Of a stretch of 64,000 bases of DNA, positions 24,806 through 33,780 are shown one piece after another. Positions within the stretch are counted from its first letter, which is position 1; each line of letters opens with the position of its first letter. A program made the position numbers and the translations under genes. Below the pieces are notes generated by a model that had not been told where the DNA came from, made no database searches, and saw nothing but the letters and a program-made list of their open reading frames with translations. The stretch lies in IMG/VR virus record IMGVR_UViG_3300042402_003952, one strand, 5' to 3'. Source of the DNA: a virus (taxonomy: Duplodnaviria > Caudoviricetes).

Positions 24806-25495
24806 ATGAGAGTAGATCTTCATAACTTTTTTCAGTATTATGATCCAAAGAATCCTAAACATGTTGCAGCAGTCGAACAACTAGAAGTTGACTTAAAGGA
24901 TTCTCCTCTACTTGACGATAGTTCTAATTGGGTCAAAATTTATAGAACAAAACCAACTGTTCCGGGAGTCCTACCCGTTCCTTTTTATCCACAGACAGAT
25001 AATTATAGAGATGCGCAAAGAACCTGCAATTCATCTGCTTGTGCAATGTGCCTAGAGTATTTCAAACCAGGCACTCTCCAAGGAGCAAAGGGTGATGATA
25101 CCTATATTCAAAAAGTATTTGCAATTGGTGATACAACTGATCACACCGTACAGACAAAAGTTCTGGAAGGTTATGGTATTAAGTCACGATTTAGTTACAA
25201 TCTTGGGTTTGCTGATCTTGATCGTGAGTTATCCGCTGGGAGACCTGTTGTTATTGGTATCCTTCACAGGGGCACTCTATCTGCACCTACTGGTGGGCAC
25301 ATGGTTGTAGTGATTGGGAAGAGAGGTGAGGATTATGTTGTGAACGATCCTTACGGTTCTCTGAATGATGGATATACTGGACCAGTCACAAACGGTAAAG
25401 GTGCGGTGTATAAGAAATCTGATCTGAACTTCCGTTGGTTAGAAAAAGGTAAAGATAAGACTGGTTGGGGGCGTATTTTTGACGCAAAAAAGTAG
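24806..25495 (+). CDS. C39-like cysteine peptidase domain protein; 0-frame product of a probable -1 frameshift locus
   Basis: YPQTDN...RTCNSSACAMCL...GGHMVVVIG...VNDPYG (Q-C-H-D arrangement); ends GAC GCA AAA AAG TAG. Confidence 0.8.
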   Translation: MRVDLHNFFQYYDPKNPKHVAAVEQLEVDLKDSPLLDDSSNWVKIYRTKPTVPGVLPVPFYPQTDNYRDAQRTCNSSACAMCLEYFKPGTLQGAKGDDTYIQKVFAIGDTTDHTVQTKVLEGYGIKSRFSYNLGFADLDRELSAGRPVVIGILHRGTLSAPTGGHMVVVIGKRGEDYVVNDPYGSLNDGYTGPVTNGKGAVYKKSDLNFRWLEKGKDKTGWGRIFDAKK

Positions 25496-25986
25496 AAAGT
25501 TCTACTCCTGATTCGAGTAAAAGTGATATATCCATAAAAGGAGTAGAACTTATAAAAGAATTTGAAGGATGTCACTTAAATGCTTATCCAGACCCTTTAA
25601 CAAAAGGACCACCGATTACAATTGGTTGGGGAAGCACTAGAGACTTTGACGGAACGCCATTTAAAATAGGTAGAGTGATTACTCAAAAGTATGCAGACAC
25701 TCTACTTGAGTTTGATTTAAAGAATAGATTTTTACCATCACTTCAAAGAATACCTTACTGGAATGAAATGAATGAAAATCAACAAGGAGCTCTTCTATCT
25801 TTTGCTTATAATCTTGGTGCTGGTTTTTACGGGTCTTCCAATTTTAATACCATAACCAGAGTTCTTAAGAATAAAGAGTGGTCTAAAGTTCCTGATGCTT
25901 TATATCTTTACCGCAATCCTGGAACAAGTGTGGAAGCGGGTTTGAAAAGAAGAAGAGTTGCAGAAGGTAAACTCTGGTCTTCTTAA
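25492..25986 (+). CDS. GH24 (T4/lambda-superfamily) lysozyme domain, probably translated by -1 frameshift from the upstream ORF
   Basis: Frame open 25483-25986: GVELIKEFEGCHLNAYPD...TIGWGST...QQGALLSFAYNLG...GLKRRRVAEGKLW; the catalytic E-x8-D-x8-T region lies upstream of the first GTG (25675) and no ATG/GTG/TTG precedes it. Confidence 0.85.
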   Translation, partial: VESSTPDSSKSDISIKGVELIKEFEGCHLNAYPDPLTKGPPITIGWGSTRDFDGTPFKIGRVITQKYADTLLEFDLKNRFLPSLQRIPYWNEMNENQQGALLSFAYNLGAGFYGSSNFNTITRVLKNKEWSKVPDALYLYRNPGTSVEAGLKRRRVAEGKLWSS

Positions 25987-26219
25987 TCATCCATCTTTGC
26001 TTTTAATCCAAGCAACGCAGTAAACAAAGTAAACAACGCACTATATCCTTTGTCTATAGAGTTTTCGCACTTTATAGATGGGGGATTTTTTAATTCTCCT
26101 TTTGCATTGGCACTTTCAATAGATCCAGGGATCATAAAGTTGCAGTTGGTAAATGTAATACCAACATACCCTACAGTGCAAACTACAATAATAATGATTA
26201 ATTTGTCTAGTATTTTCAT
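25983..26219 (-). CDS. small two-TM membrane protein
   Basis: LIIIIVVCTVGYVGITF and ALFTLFTALLGL hydrophobic segments. Confidence 0.6.
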   Translation of the reverse strand: MKILDKLIIIIVVCTVGYVGITFTNCNFMIPGSIESANAKGELKNPPSIKCENSIDKGYSALFTLFTALLGLKAKMDD

Positions 26220-26407
26220 CTTCCTTCTTGTTTATGAATCCAAGTTTTTAACTCATGTAAATATTGCCTGAGTTGATCTGCTTTCTGAAGATGCCACAAA
26301 TCACCACTCTTGAAATACTCTTGAGTGTGATTGTCTATTGCTTTTAAAATATTATGGATGGGAGCGTTCCAAGGTTCACGCTTTGGTGTATTCCACTCTC
26401 GTGGCAT
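26216..26407 (-). CDS. hypothetical protein (63 aa)
   Basis: MPREWNTPKREPWNAPIHNILKAIDNH...; overlaps the next gene's start. Confidence 0.65.
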   Translation of the reverse strand: MPREWNTPKREPWNAPIHNILKAIDNHTQEYFKSGDLWHLQKADQLRQYLHELKTWIHKQEGR

Positions 26408-26413
26408 ATGCCC

Positions 26414-26527
26414 TCACTTTTTCTTGCCACCGTTTTTTGCTTTTTTCGCAGTTGCATTGCCTTGATTTTGCTTGGGTTGCTTGCCACCAGCAGAACCCTT
26501 CTTACCTTTGTTTGCAGACTTTGCCAC
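26414..26527 (-). CDS. 37-aa Lys/Gly-rich basic peptide
   Basis: GTG start; MAKSANKGKKGSAGGKQPKQNQGNATAKKAKNGGKKK*; stop 6 nt before the next ATG. Confidence 0.6.
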   Translation of the reverse strand: MAKSANKGKKGSAGGKQPKQNQGNATAKKAKNGGKKK

Positions 26528-26584
26528 TGCACCGTCCCAGATGATACAATGATATTTAGGGAAAACGGTTCTTATTTATACTGT

Positions 26585-26660
26585 GCCACCTGAGCAATTG
26601 GACCTATTGACAGCGTTTCCTAACGGTGCTATGATAAATAGGTAAACAAATGTTACGAGT
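26585..26660 (+). promoter_or_regulatory. psbA promoter region: 16-bp dyad, sigma70 promoter, late promoter and HLR1-like repeat
   Basis: CCACCTGAGCAATTGG; TTGACA-N17-TATGAT; ATAAATA; GTAAACAAAT-GTTACGA. Confidence 0.6.
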
Positions 26661-26689
26661 CTCTCATAACTCTTAACATTGTTAAACAC

Positions 26690-26760
26690 CCATTAACCGA
26701 GACCTATGGGGTGTATAAATTACGTCTCTCATATCTTCTCTAGGGGTGAGAAGAAATATT
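26690..26760 (+). ncRNA. structured psbA 5' leader (PhotoRC-II-like)
   Basis: GAGAC...GTCTC pairing and TTCTC-TAGGGGT-GAGAA hairpin upstream of psbA; family assignment from recall of cyanophage psbA leaders. Confidence 0.5.
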
Positions 26761-26806
26761 GAACCCTGTTCGTCCCCACGAACTCTTACTTAACCCTTTT
26801 TCAAAT

Positions 26807-29180
26807 ATGACTGCTTCAATCGCTTCACGCCGTTCTGGCGAAAACCTCTGGGAACAATTCTGTTCCTGGGTAACTTCAACCGATAATAGACTGTATGTTG
26901 GTTGGTTCGGAGTCCTTATGATTCCTTGCCTTCTTGCTGCTACAACTTGTTTTATTATCGCTTTCATCGGTGCTCCCCCTGTAGACATAGACGGTATCCG
27001 TGAACCCGTTGCTGGTTCACTAATGTATGGAAACAACATCATCTCTGGTGCTGTTATTCCAAGTTCTAATGCCATTGGATTGCATTTTTACAGCATCTGG
27101 GATGCTGCTTCTCTTGATGAGTGGCTTTATAAATAATATTGGGTCACTTTAAATCGGGTGAACTGCTGGAAAGCTAAGTTCTTTATGAAACACAAACATC
27201 ACCTTACTCCAAAATATCTTGGTGGTTCTAACGAATCCCAAAATCTTGTAGAAGTTTCTACAACTCAACACGCTATGTTTCATTATTGTAACTGGCGTCT
27301 TTGGGGAAACGAAGAAGATAAGATTGCTTGGAAAGCACTTGCAGGATACTCTAAAAAAGAGGAAATAATTCATCAAGTTATTTCTCTTGCAGGTAAAAGA
27401 GGTGGTAAGGTTGCAAAAGAAAGCGGACAACTTCGGTCTGCTGCTCTTAAACAACCAAGAAGTGTAAGGCAAAAGATTGGTAAAAATCTTATCAACTATG
27501 CCTACAAAAATCCAAAGAATGCAACACAAGAAACTCTTACTAATAGAAAATACAGTAAAGTATTTCACATTTATGAAAAACTAACTGAAAGGACTATTGG
27601 TAATCATCTTGGGGATGTAGTTTTTAATCCAGAAGAAGATAAAACACTCAAAACTGTTTGTTCTATTATTCTGGAAAAATATGGGGTAAAAGTTTATCCT
27701 TCACATCTTAATAGTGTTGCTAATGGAAATAGACTTTTAACAAGTGGTATTTCTTGTAGTTGGATTTTAGAGAATATGCCAATCAGCATCCAAGCCACAG
27801 ACGATACTTCTGTGGAAGGTTCAGAGACTACTGGGTTCAACAAGCGTGTTGAGTAATACCAGATTAGCGCCCGACATCTTATAAAAAATAAGATGAAGAT
27901 ATAGTCCAGTCCATATGGAAACATATGGTTCCCCCGACTGCTATAATGGGGGTCCTTTCCAACTTGTTGTCTTCCACTTCCTCATCGGCATCTACTGCTA
28001 TATGGGTCGTGAATGGGAACTCTCTTACCGTCTAGGTATGCGCCCTTGGATTATGGTTGCTTATAGCGCACCTGTTGCTGCTGCGAGTGCTGTATTCCTG
28101 GTCTATCCTTTCGGTCAAGGTTCTTTCTCTGATGCGATGCCTCTTGGTATCTCTGGTACATTCAACTACATGCTTGTATTCCAGGCAGAGCACAACATCC
28201 TGATGCACCCCTTCCACATGCTTGGAGTTGCTGGTGTCTTCGGTGGTTCTCTTTTCTCTGCTATGCACGGATCTCTTGTCACCTCTAGTCTTGTACGTGA
28301 GACTACAGAAAATGAGTCACAGAACTACGGATACAAGTTCGGACAAGAAGAAGAAACCTACAACATTGTAGCTGCTCATGGTTATTTTGGTCGCCTTATC
28401 TTCCAATATGCTTCCTTCAATAACTCACGTTCACTTCACTTCTTCCTTGCTGCTTGGCCCGTTGTAGGCATCTGGTTCACTGCTCTTGGTGTTTCTACAA
28501 TGGCTTTTAACCTCAATCGTCGGGGTCCCGTCTTAGCAATTTGACGGTAAACATCGGGTGAACTGCTGGAAGCCCTCCATAAATGGGTAATCAGCATCCA
28601 AGTCCAAAGTACACTTTGGAAAGGTTCAGAGACTACCTGAGGAGTTCAGTCTCCTTAATAACAGGAATAAGTGCCCGACATCCTAAATGGATGAAGATAT
28701 AGTCCACTCCTTAAAGATGGTAAATTTAAGGGTTCAGTGCAACGGTTTTAATTTCAATCAGTCCATCATTGACTCACAAGGTCGTGTCCTTAATACTTGG
28801 GCAGATGTACTGAATCGTGCAGGTCTCGGAATGGAGGTCATGCATGAACGGAACGCTAGATTTGTTGGTGTTCTTGCTTAGGAATAAGCATTAGTAAAAT
28901 CGGGTTAAACGGGGAAACTCTCTATGAGACAATCCCGTACCAAGTCAGAAAGGGTTTAAGTTTTCTGAAAGGTCTAACGACTAGATGGTGAGTCCCAACA
29001 ATAATCCATCCACGAATGCCCGACATCCAGAACGGATGAAGAGATAGTCTGAACTTACTAGTGATAGTAAGAAGTAGAGGATAAAGAACCACTACGATAA
29101 CAAAATTGCACAACTTCCCACTTGACCTTGCCGCAGCAGAAGCAACACCAGTTGCTCTTACTGCTCCCGCAATCGGTTGA
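26807..29180 (+). CDS. psbA: photosystem II D1 protein in four exons (26807-27126, 27941-28513, 28740-28857, 29109-29180)
   Basis: Joined exons total 1083 nt = 360 aa plus stop; junctions restore EWL|YNGG, AFNL|NGFN and ERNA|HNFPLDLA. Confidence 0.97.
27127..27940 (+). mobile_element. group I intron 1 in psbA, encoding an HNH endonuclease
   Basis: 5' exon ends in U with P1 GTGGCT/GGTCAC; terminal G at 27940; core motifs AATCGGGTGAACTGCTGGAA, AATCAGCATCCAAG, GGTTCAGAGACTA, AGATATAGTCC. Confidence 0.92.
27185..27856 (+). CDS. intron-encoded HNH homing endonuclease
   Basis: [30 protein letters not shown]; the 3' end reads through intron core motifs. Confidence 0.85.
   Translation: MKHKHHLTPKYLGGSNESQNLVEVSTTQHAMFHYCNWRLWGNEEDKIAWKALAGYSKKEEIIHQVISLAGKRGGKVAKESGQLRSAALKQPRSVRQKIGKNLINYAYKNPKNATQETLTNRKYSKVFHIYEKLTERTIGNHLGDVVFNPEEDKTLKTVCSIILEKYGVKVYPSHLNSVANGNRLLTSGISCSWILENMPISIQATDDTSVEGSETTGFNKRVE
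28514..28739 (+). mobile_element. group I intron 2 in psbA (ORF-less, 226 nt)
   Basis: Core motifs ATCGGGTGAACTGCTGGAA, AATCAGCATCCAAG, GGTTCAGAGACTA, AGATATAGTCC; terminal G at 28739; removal restores CT|C AAC GGT. Confidence 0.92.
28858..29108 (+). mobile_element. group I intron 3 in psbA (ORF-less, 251 nt) near codon 334-336
   Basis: P1 GAACGCT/GGTGTTC; motifs AAATCGGGTTAAACGGGGAA, CAATCCCGTACCAAG, GGTCTAACGACTAG, AGATAGTCT; terminal G at 29108. Confidence 0.92.
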
Positions 29181-29186
29181 TATAAT

Positions 29187-29215
29187 GAGAGACCCTTTAC
29201 GGGTCTCTTTTTTTA
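29187..29215 (+). terminator. psbA terminator
   Basis: GAGAGACCC-TTTAC-GGGTCTCT followed by a T run. Confidence 0.85.
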
Positions 29216-29267
29216 TGCTATAATGGAGTTTAAGATTTTATAAATAGTTAAAAGATTAAACACCATA

Positions 29268-29789
29268 ATGAGAACCACGAAGATTTGTAGAACCTGCACA
29301 CAAGAACTTCCTATCTCTGATTTTAGAGAAGGTCGTAGAAGATGTATTAGGTGTGAAGAAAAAACCTATGCAGAAAATTGGGCAAGTAAAACTCACATTA
29401 CTTGCAACAAGTGTGGTTTAGAAAAACTTATTTCTGAATATTATAAAGGTCATAAGAGGTGTAAGGATTGTTACAGTAAAGACTATAAAGACAAAAAACC
29501 TTCTTATGATGATAAGAAAGACTATATGTTAAAGTATACTTATGGGCAGGATTTTGGATTAACTGAATATCAAAATCTTTTGCAGGAACAGAATGAAGTA
29601 TGTGCTATTTGTTTAAATCCAAATACTAATGGTAGGAAGGATAGTAATAATCTTTATGTAGACCACGATCATAATACTGGAAAGGTTCGTGGATTGTTGT
29701 GTAGTAACTGCAATAGAATGCTTGGACTAGTAGGAGATAATATCGGCACACTAACTAATGCAGTTAAATACTTACAAAAGCACCAATAA
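29268..29789 (+). CDS. free-standing endonuclease VII-type HNH homing endonuclease (F-CphI-like)
   Basis: QNEVCAIC...YVDHDHNTGKVRGLLCSNCNRMLG EndoVII signature; N-terminal Cys repeats; between psbA and psbD as for S-PM2 F-CphI. Confidence 0.88.
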   Translation: MRTTKICRTCTQELPISDFREGRRRCIRCEEKTYAENWASKTHITCNKCGLEKLISEYYKGHKRCKDCYSKDYKDKKPSYDDKKDYMLKYTYGQDFGLTEYQNLLQEQNEVCAICLNPNTNGRKDSNNLYVDHDHNTGKVRGLLCSNCNRMLGLVGDNIGTLTNAVKYLQKHQ

Positions 29790-29790
29790 T

Positions 29791-29913
29791 ATGTCTCATA
29801 ATAATCAACATCATCCTATGGAACCCTGGGTCATTTGGGCAGGTGTAGCTATGATGGTATTCACAGTTCTTGTGTTTGTTTTATTCACTCTTGGGCAGAT
29901 TTATTGGGGATGA
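29791..29913 (+). CDS. 40-aa single-TM peptide
   Basis: MSHNNQHHPMEPWVIWAGVAMMVFTVLVFVLFTLGQIYWG*. Confidence 0.55.
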   Translation: MSHNNQHHPMEPWVIWAGVAMMVFTVLVFVLFTLGQIYWG

Positions 29914-29980
29914 GAATTAATACTCATTGACCTCTTTGTTAACATATGTTAACATAAATATGAGAAATCACTAGGAGGTT

Positions 29981-31042
29981 ATGACTTCTTCAACACTTTC
30001 GCAACCTATTTCACAACGAGGATGGTTTGATGTCCTGGATGACTGGCTTAAACGAGATCGCTTTGTATTTGTGGGTTGGTCTGGACTATTACTTTTTCCC
30101 ACTGCTTATCTTGCTCTTGGTGGTTGGCTTACTGGGACGACTTTCGTTACGAGTTGGTATACTCACGGGTTGGCAAGTTCCTATCTTGAGGGTGCAAACT
30201 TTCTTACTGCAGCAGTTAGTACTCCAGCAGATGCTATGGGTCATTCTCTTCTTCTACTTTGGGGTCCTGAGTCTCAAGGGGATATCATCAGGTGGTTCCA
30301 ACTTGGGGGACTCTGGACTTTTGTGGCGCTCCACGGATCTTTCGCTCTGATTGGATTTATGCTTCGCCAGTTTGAGATTGCACGACTGGTCGGTATTCGT
30401 CCTTATAACGCAATCGCATTCTCTGGTCCTATTGCAGTATTCGTTTCTGTATTCCTTATGTATCCACTGGGACAATCCAGTTGGTTCTTTGCACCATCTT
30501 TTGGTGTTGCTGCTATCTTCAGGTTCCTTCTGTTTCTGCAAGGTTTCCACAACTGGACCCTCAACCCTTTTCATATGATGGGAGTTGCTGGTATACTAGG
30601 AGGTGCTCTGCTATGTGCTATTCATGGTGCAACGGTTGAAAACACCCTCTACGAAGACGGAGACAAAGCAAACACTTTCAAAGGTTTTGAACCCACCCAA
30701 GAAGAAGAAACTTATTCAATGGTTACAGCGAATAGGTACTGGTCTCAAATTTTTGGTATCGCTTTTAGTAATAAGCGTTGGCTCCATTTCTTTATGTTGT
30801 TTGTACCTGTTATGGGTCTCTGGACATCTAGTATTGGAATTATTGGACTCGCTCTTAACCTTAGAGCATACGATTTCGTATCACAGGAAGTTCGTGCAGC
30901 AGAAGATCCAGAGTTTGAGACTTTCTACACAAAAAACATCCTTCTAAATGAAGGACTACGTGCTTGGATGGCACCAGTAGACCAACCTCATGAGAACTTT
31001 GTATTTCCAGAAGAAGTTCTCCCTCGCGGAAATGCCCTTTAA
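29981..31042 (+). CDS. psbD: photosystem II D2 protein
   Basis: [16 protein letters not shown]...[10 protein letters not shown]; AGGAGG RBS. Confidence 0.99.
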   Translation: MTSSTLSQPISQRGWFDVLDDWLKRDRFVFVGWSGLLLFPTAYLALGGWLTGTTFVTSWYTHGLASSYLEGANFLTAAVSTPADAMGHSLLLLWGPESQGDIIRWFQLGGLWTFVALHGSFALIGFMLRQFEIARLVGIRPYNAIAFSGPIAVFVSVFLMYPLGQSSWFFAPSFGVAAIFRFLLFLQGFHNWTLNPFHMMGVAGILGGALLCAIHGATVENTLYEDGDKANTFKGFEPTQEEETYSMVTANRYWSQIFGIAFSNKRWLHFFMLFVPVMGLWTSSIGIIGLALNLRAYDFVSQEVRAAEDPEFETFYTKNILLNEGLRAWMAPVDQPHENFVFPEEVLPRGNAL

Positions 31043-31079
31043 AAATAAATAGAGGAGTTCCACAAGAACTCCTTTTTTT

Positions 31080-31154
31080 ATGCTTCTTATACTTACACTA
31101 TTCATAGCATTCGGTTTCTTTATGTTTATAATGTCTGTAATACAAGACATTTAA
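31080..31154 (+). CDS. 24-aa hydrophobic peptide
   Basis: MLLILTLFIAFGFFMFIMSVIQDI*, immediately after the psbD terminator. Confidence 0.4.
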   Translation: MLLILTLFIAFGFFMFIMSVIQDI

Positions 31155-31187
31155 TATTCCTACATAAAGATGTGTTGCTTTTTAAGA

Positions 31188-31349
31188 ATGAAAACTTTAA
31201 CACTTACTGAAAATCAAATTAAACTCTTGGCAGATGCTGTATGGGTGCGCCAGCGTCGTTTTATTGCAGGAGATAAAAGATTCAAAGAATATGGAGAAAT
31301 ATTAAATAATATTCTTGAAGATATGGAATATACTCCATCAAGATTTTGA
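31188..31349 (+). CDS. small hypothetical protein (53 aa)
   Basis: MKTLTLTENQIKLLADAVWVRQRRFIAGDKRFKEYGEIL... Confidence 0.55.
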   Translation: MKTLTLTENQIKLLADAVWVRQRRFIAGDKRFKEYGEILNNILEDMEYTPSRF

Positions 31350-31470
31350 TTATGAATACTGATGGAATATATTGTTTGGAAAAAATATTAAAATAATATC
31401 TTCAATTCATAACAAAATCTAACACATTAACAAGAACTCATTATAATTAGAAATGAGTTCTTGCTTTTTT

Positions 31471-32133
31471 ATGAAGATCTTTTTAGACACAGCAGATGTT
31501 TCAATGATTAGTTCAGCATATGACACTGGACTATTGGATGGAGTCACTACAAATCCCACTTTAATTCTTAAAAGTGGCAGACAACTATTAGAAGTTATTG
31601 AAGAAATAACAAAGTCTTTTTCAAAACTAGAAAGTATTTCAGCAGAGGTTGTTGCTGATACTGCAGAAGAAATGCTTTCACGAGCACATCAATATTACAC
31701 AATCGCACCTGCAGTCACCATTAAGGTTCCCTGCACGGTAGAAGGACTTAAGGCTTGTAAGTTTCTTTCCGATAAAGGAATTCAAGTCAATGTAACCCTT
31801 GTGTTTTCTGTAGCACAGGCAATTCTTGCATCCAAAGCAGGTGCAACATTCATCTCACCATTCGTTGGTCGTTGGATGGACAATTCTATTGATGGAATTG
31901 AACTCATCAAGAACATCCGTAAGGCATTTGATTACTCAGGAACATCTACACAAATTCTTGCAGCATCTCTTCGTGATGTGAGGCAAGTAGAACAATCTGC
32001 TCTTGCTGGTGCAAATGTCGTTACAATCCCTCCAGTTGTATTTTGGTCGATGTATAAGAACATTATGACTGATAAGGGTCTAGAACTCTTTCAGAAAGAT
32101 TGGGATGATGTTATTAAATCCGCAGGAAAATGA
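31471..32133 (+). CDS. talC: transaldolase (TalC/FSA family)
   Basis: IFLDTAD, GVTTNPTL, IKVP, NVTLVFS, ISPFVGR, ILAASLR. Confidence 0.97.
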   Translation: MKIFLDTADVSMISSAYDTGLLDGVTTNPTLILKSGRQLLEVIEEITKSFSKLESISAEVVADTAEEMLSRAHQYYTIAPAVTIKVPCTVEGLKACKFLSDKGIQVNVTLVFSVAQAILASKAGATFISPFVGRWMDNSIDGIELIKNIRKAFDYSGTSTQILAASLRDVRQVEQSALAGANVVTIPPVVFWSMYKNIMTDKGLELFQKDWDDVIKSAGK

Positions 32134-32336
32134 AGAAAGAGCATCAATGTTGGCATTTTGTAATGTCATCTTTTGCTAGAATTTATGGAGTACCAAAAAT
32201 TAGAAGTGATGAAAGAATACATGCATTTGCATTAGAATGGTGTGATGAACATAATTATACTTGTGATGTTCATTTGGATGATTTGAGAAAAGTTGATACT
32301 TATTTTAGACAACAGTACGAATCTTGGGAGGGTTAA
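32130..32336 (+). CDS. hypothetical protein
   Basis: ATGA-coupled 68-aa ORF. Confidence 0.65.
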   Translation: MKKEHQCWHFVMSSFARIYGVPKIRSDERIHAFALEWCDEHNYTCDVHLDDLRKVDTYFRQQYESWEG

Positions 32337-33359
32337 ATGAAAGTAGGACTAATAGGACTAGGAAGGATGGGAGAAGGAATGTCTCGTCGTATGATGAAGG
32401 CAGGAATAGAAGTCTGGGGTTATCGAAGAAATTATGAAAAGGCACAAGAAGCATTTGAAAATGGATATGTTAATGGTATTGCAGATACTATACAAATCCT
32501 TGTTCAAGTAGTTAAGAATGAAAATAAACCAGGCATTTTTCAAATGGTTGTGCCTGCTGAAACTGTAGAGGAGACGATTAATGAATTACTACGATATTGT
32601 GGTGAAGGAGATATTATTATTGATCATGGCAACAGCAATTTTAAAGACAGTCGGAAGAGAGCAGAACGTCTGGCAAAGATGGGTATCCAATATATTGATT
32701 GTGGCACTAGCGGTGGTGTTTATGGTTTGGATCGTGGATACTGTCTTATGGTTGGAGGTGGAGATACTGCAGTCGCCACTTGTGCAAAGATATTTTCCGC
32801 CCTCTCCCCAGACATTCACTCCTGCCATAGAACGGATCCAACATCTGATGTAACTTCTGCTGAATATGGATGGTTGCATTGTGGTGGTCCAGGTGCAGGA
32901 CATTTTGTAAAGATGGTGCATAATGGTATTGAGTATGGTATTATGCAAGCATATGCTGAAGGTTTTAATATTTTAAAGAACGCTAACGCAGGTTCTCGGT
33001 ATGTTAAAGAAGGAGATGCTGAGGTTGCTCCAATGGCAGACCCAGAAAGTTATTGCTATGATATTGATGTTGCTGAAGTGGCTGAGCTATGGCGTCGTGG
33101 TAGCGTGGTTGGTAGTTGGTTACTCGATCTTACTGCTGATGTGTTACGCAGGGATGGTAGCCTTAAACAGTTCTCTGGAGGCGTATCCGACAGCGGTGAG
33201 GGTCGTTGGACTGTTTCTGCCGCTGTGGACTTGGGGGTTCCCGCTCCTGTTATTACTACTGCCCTATTTGAAAGATTTAACTCACGCAATCTCGGATCAT
33301 TCGGAGCAAAGATCTTAAATGGAATGCGTTATATGTTTGGGGGTCATTTAACAAGATAA
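32337..33359 (+). CDS. gnd: 6-phosphogluconate dehydrogenase (short type)
   Basis: GLIGLGRMG, IDHGNS, DCGTSGG, GHFVKMVHNGIEYG, DSGEGRWT. Confidence 0.97.
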   Translation: MKVGLIGLGRMGEGMSRRMMKAGIEVWGYRRNYEKAQEAFENGYVNGIADTIQILVQVVKNENKPGIFQMVVPAETVEETINELLRYCGEGDIIIDHGNSNFKDSRKRAERLAKMGIQYIDCGTSGGVYGLDRGYCLMVGGGDTAVATCAKIFSALSPDIHSCHRTDPTSDVTSAEYGWLHCGGPGAGHFVKMVHNGIEYGIMQAYAEGFNILKNANAGSRYVKEGDAEVAPMADPESYCYDIDVAEVAELWRRGSVVGSWLLDLTADVLRRDGSLKQFSGGVSDSGEGRWTVSAAVDLGVPAPVITTALFERFNSRNLGSFGAKILNGMRYMFGGHLTR

Positions 33360-33360
33360 T

Positions 33361-33483
33361 ATGATTAATCCTGAAACACCTTATAAACTTGCAGAGATCA
33401 TTCGTGATACTTGGCCAGGTCTTTACAGACCATCAAAAGAAACTTATAATACAAAAAACAATAAGAAGAAAAAGAATGTATGA
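33361..33483 (+). CDS. small hypothetical protein (40 aa)
   Basis: MINPETPYKLAEIIRDTWPGLYRPSKETYNTKNNKKKKNV*. Confidence 0.5.
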   Translation: MINPETPYKLAEIIRDTWPGLYRPSKETYNTKNNKKKKNV

Positions 33484-33760
33484 TTATTGGGTGGTGATAG
33501 ATAAAACCACAGGTAGAGTAATTGCTCATTGTGGTGAAGAAAATGATGCGCTTGCAATGATTGGTTTTGATCCAGACAAAAGAATTTATCGAAAGCAAAA
33601 GTTCATTATGGATCAAGTAATTACAGTTACATCAACAACAGATAAACAACTTCCTGGACAACAAGGATTGCCTGCTGCAAAAGAAGAACTGCCTCCAATA
33701 GAACTTCAACAGCAAGTGTGGCTTCCTGAAGGACAAGGAATTCCAGTAAACGCTAAATAA
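33476..33760 (+). CDS. hypothetical protein
   Basis: MYDYWVVIDKTTGRVIAHCGEENDA... Confidence 0.65.
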   Translation: MYDYWVVIDKTTGRVIAHCGEENDALAMIGFDPDKRIYRKQKFIMDQVITVTSTTDKQLPGQQGLPAAKEELPPIELQQQVWLPEGQGIPVNAK

Positions 33761-33780
33761 CTTTCAGTTTTATAAGAATT

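Noticed and set aside
25675-25986. Lysozyme as an independent 103-aa gene starting at GTG 25675
   Set aside because: That start omits the catalytic E/D/T region encoded upstream in the same frame.
26759-29180. psbA as a fragmented pseudogene
   Set aside because: Three group I introns account exactly for the breaks, and the spliced ORF is a full 360-aa D1.
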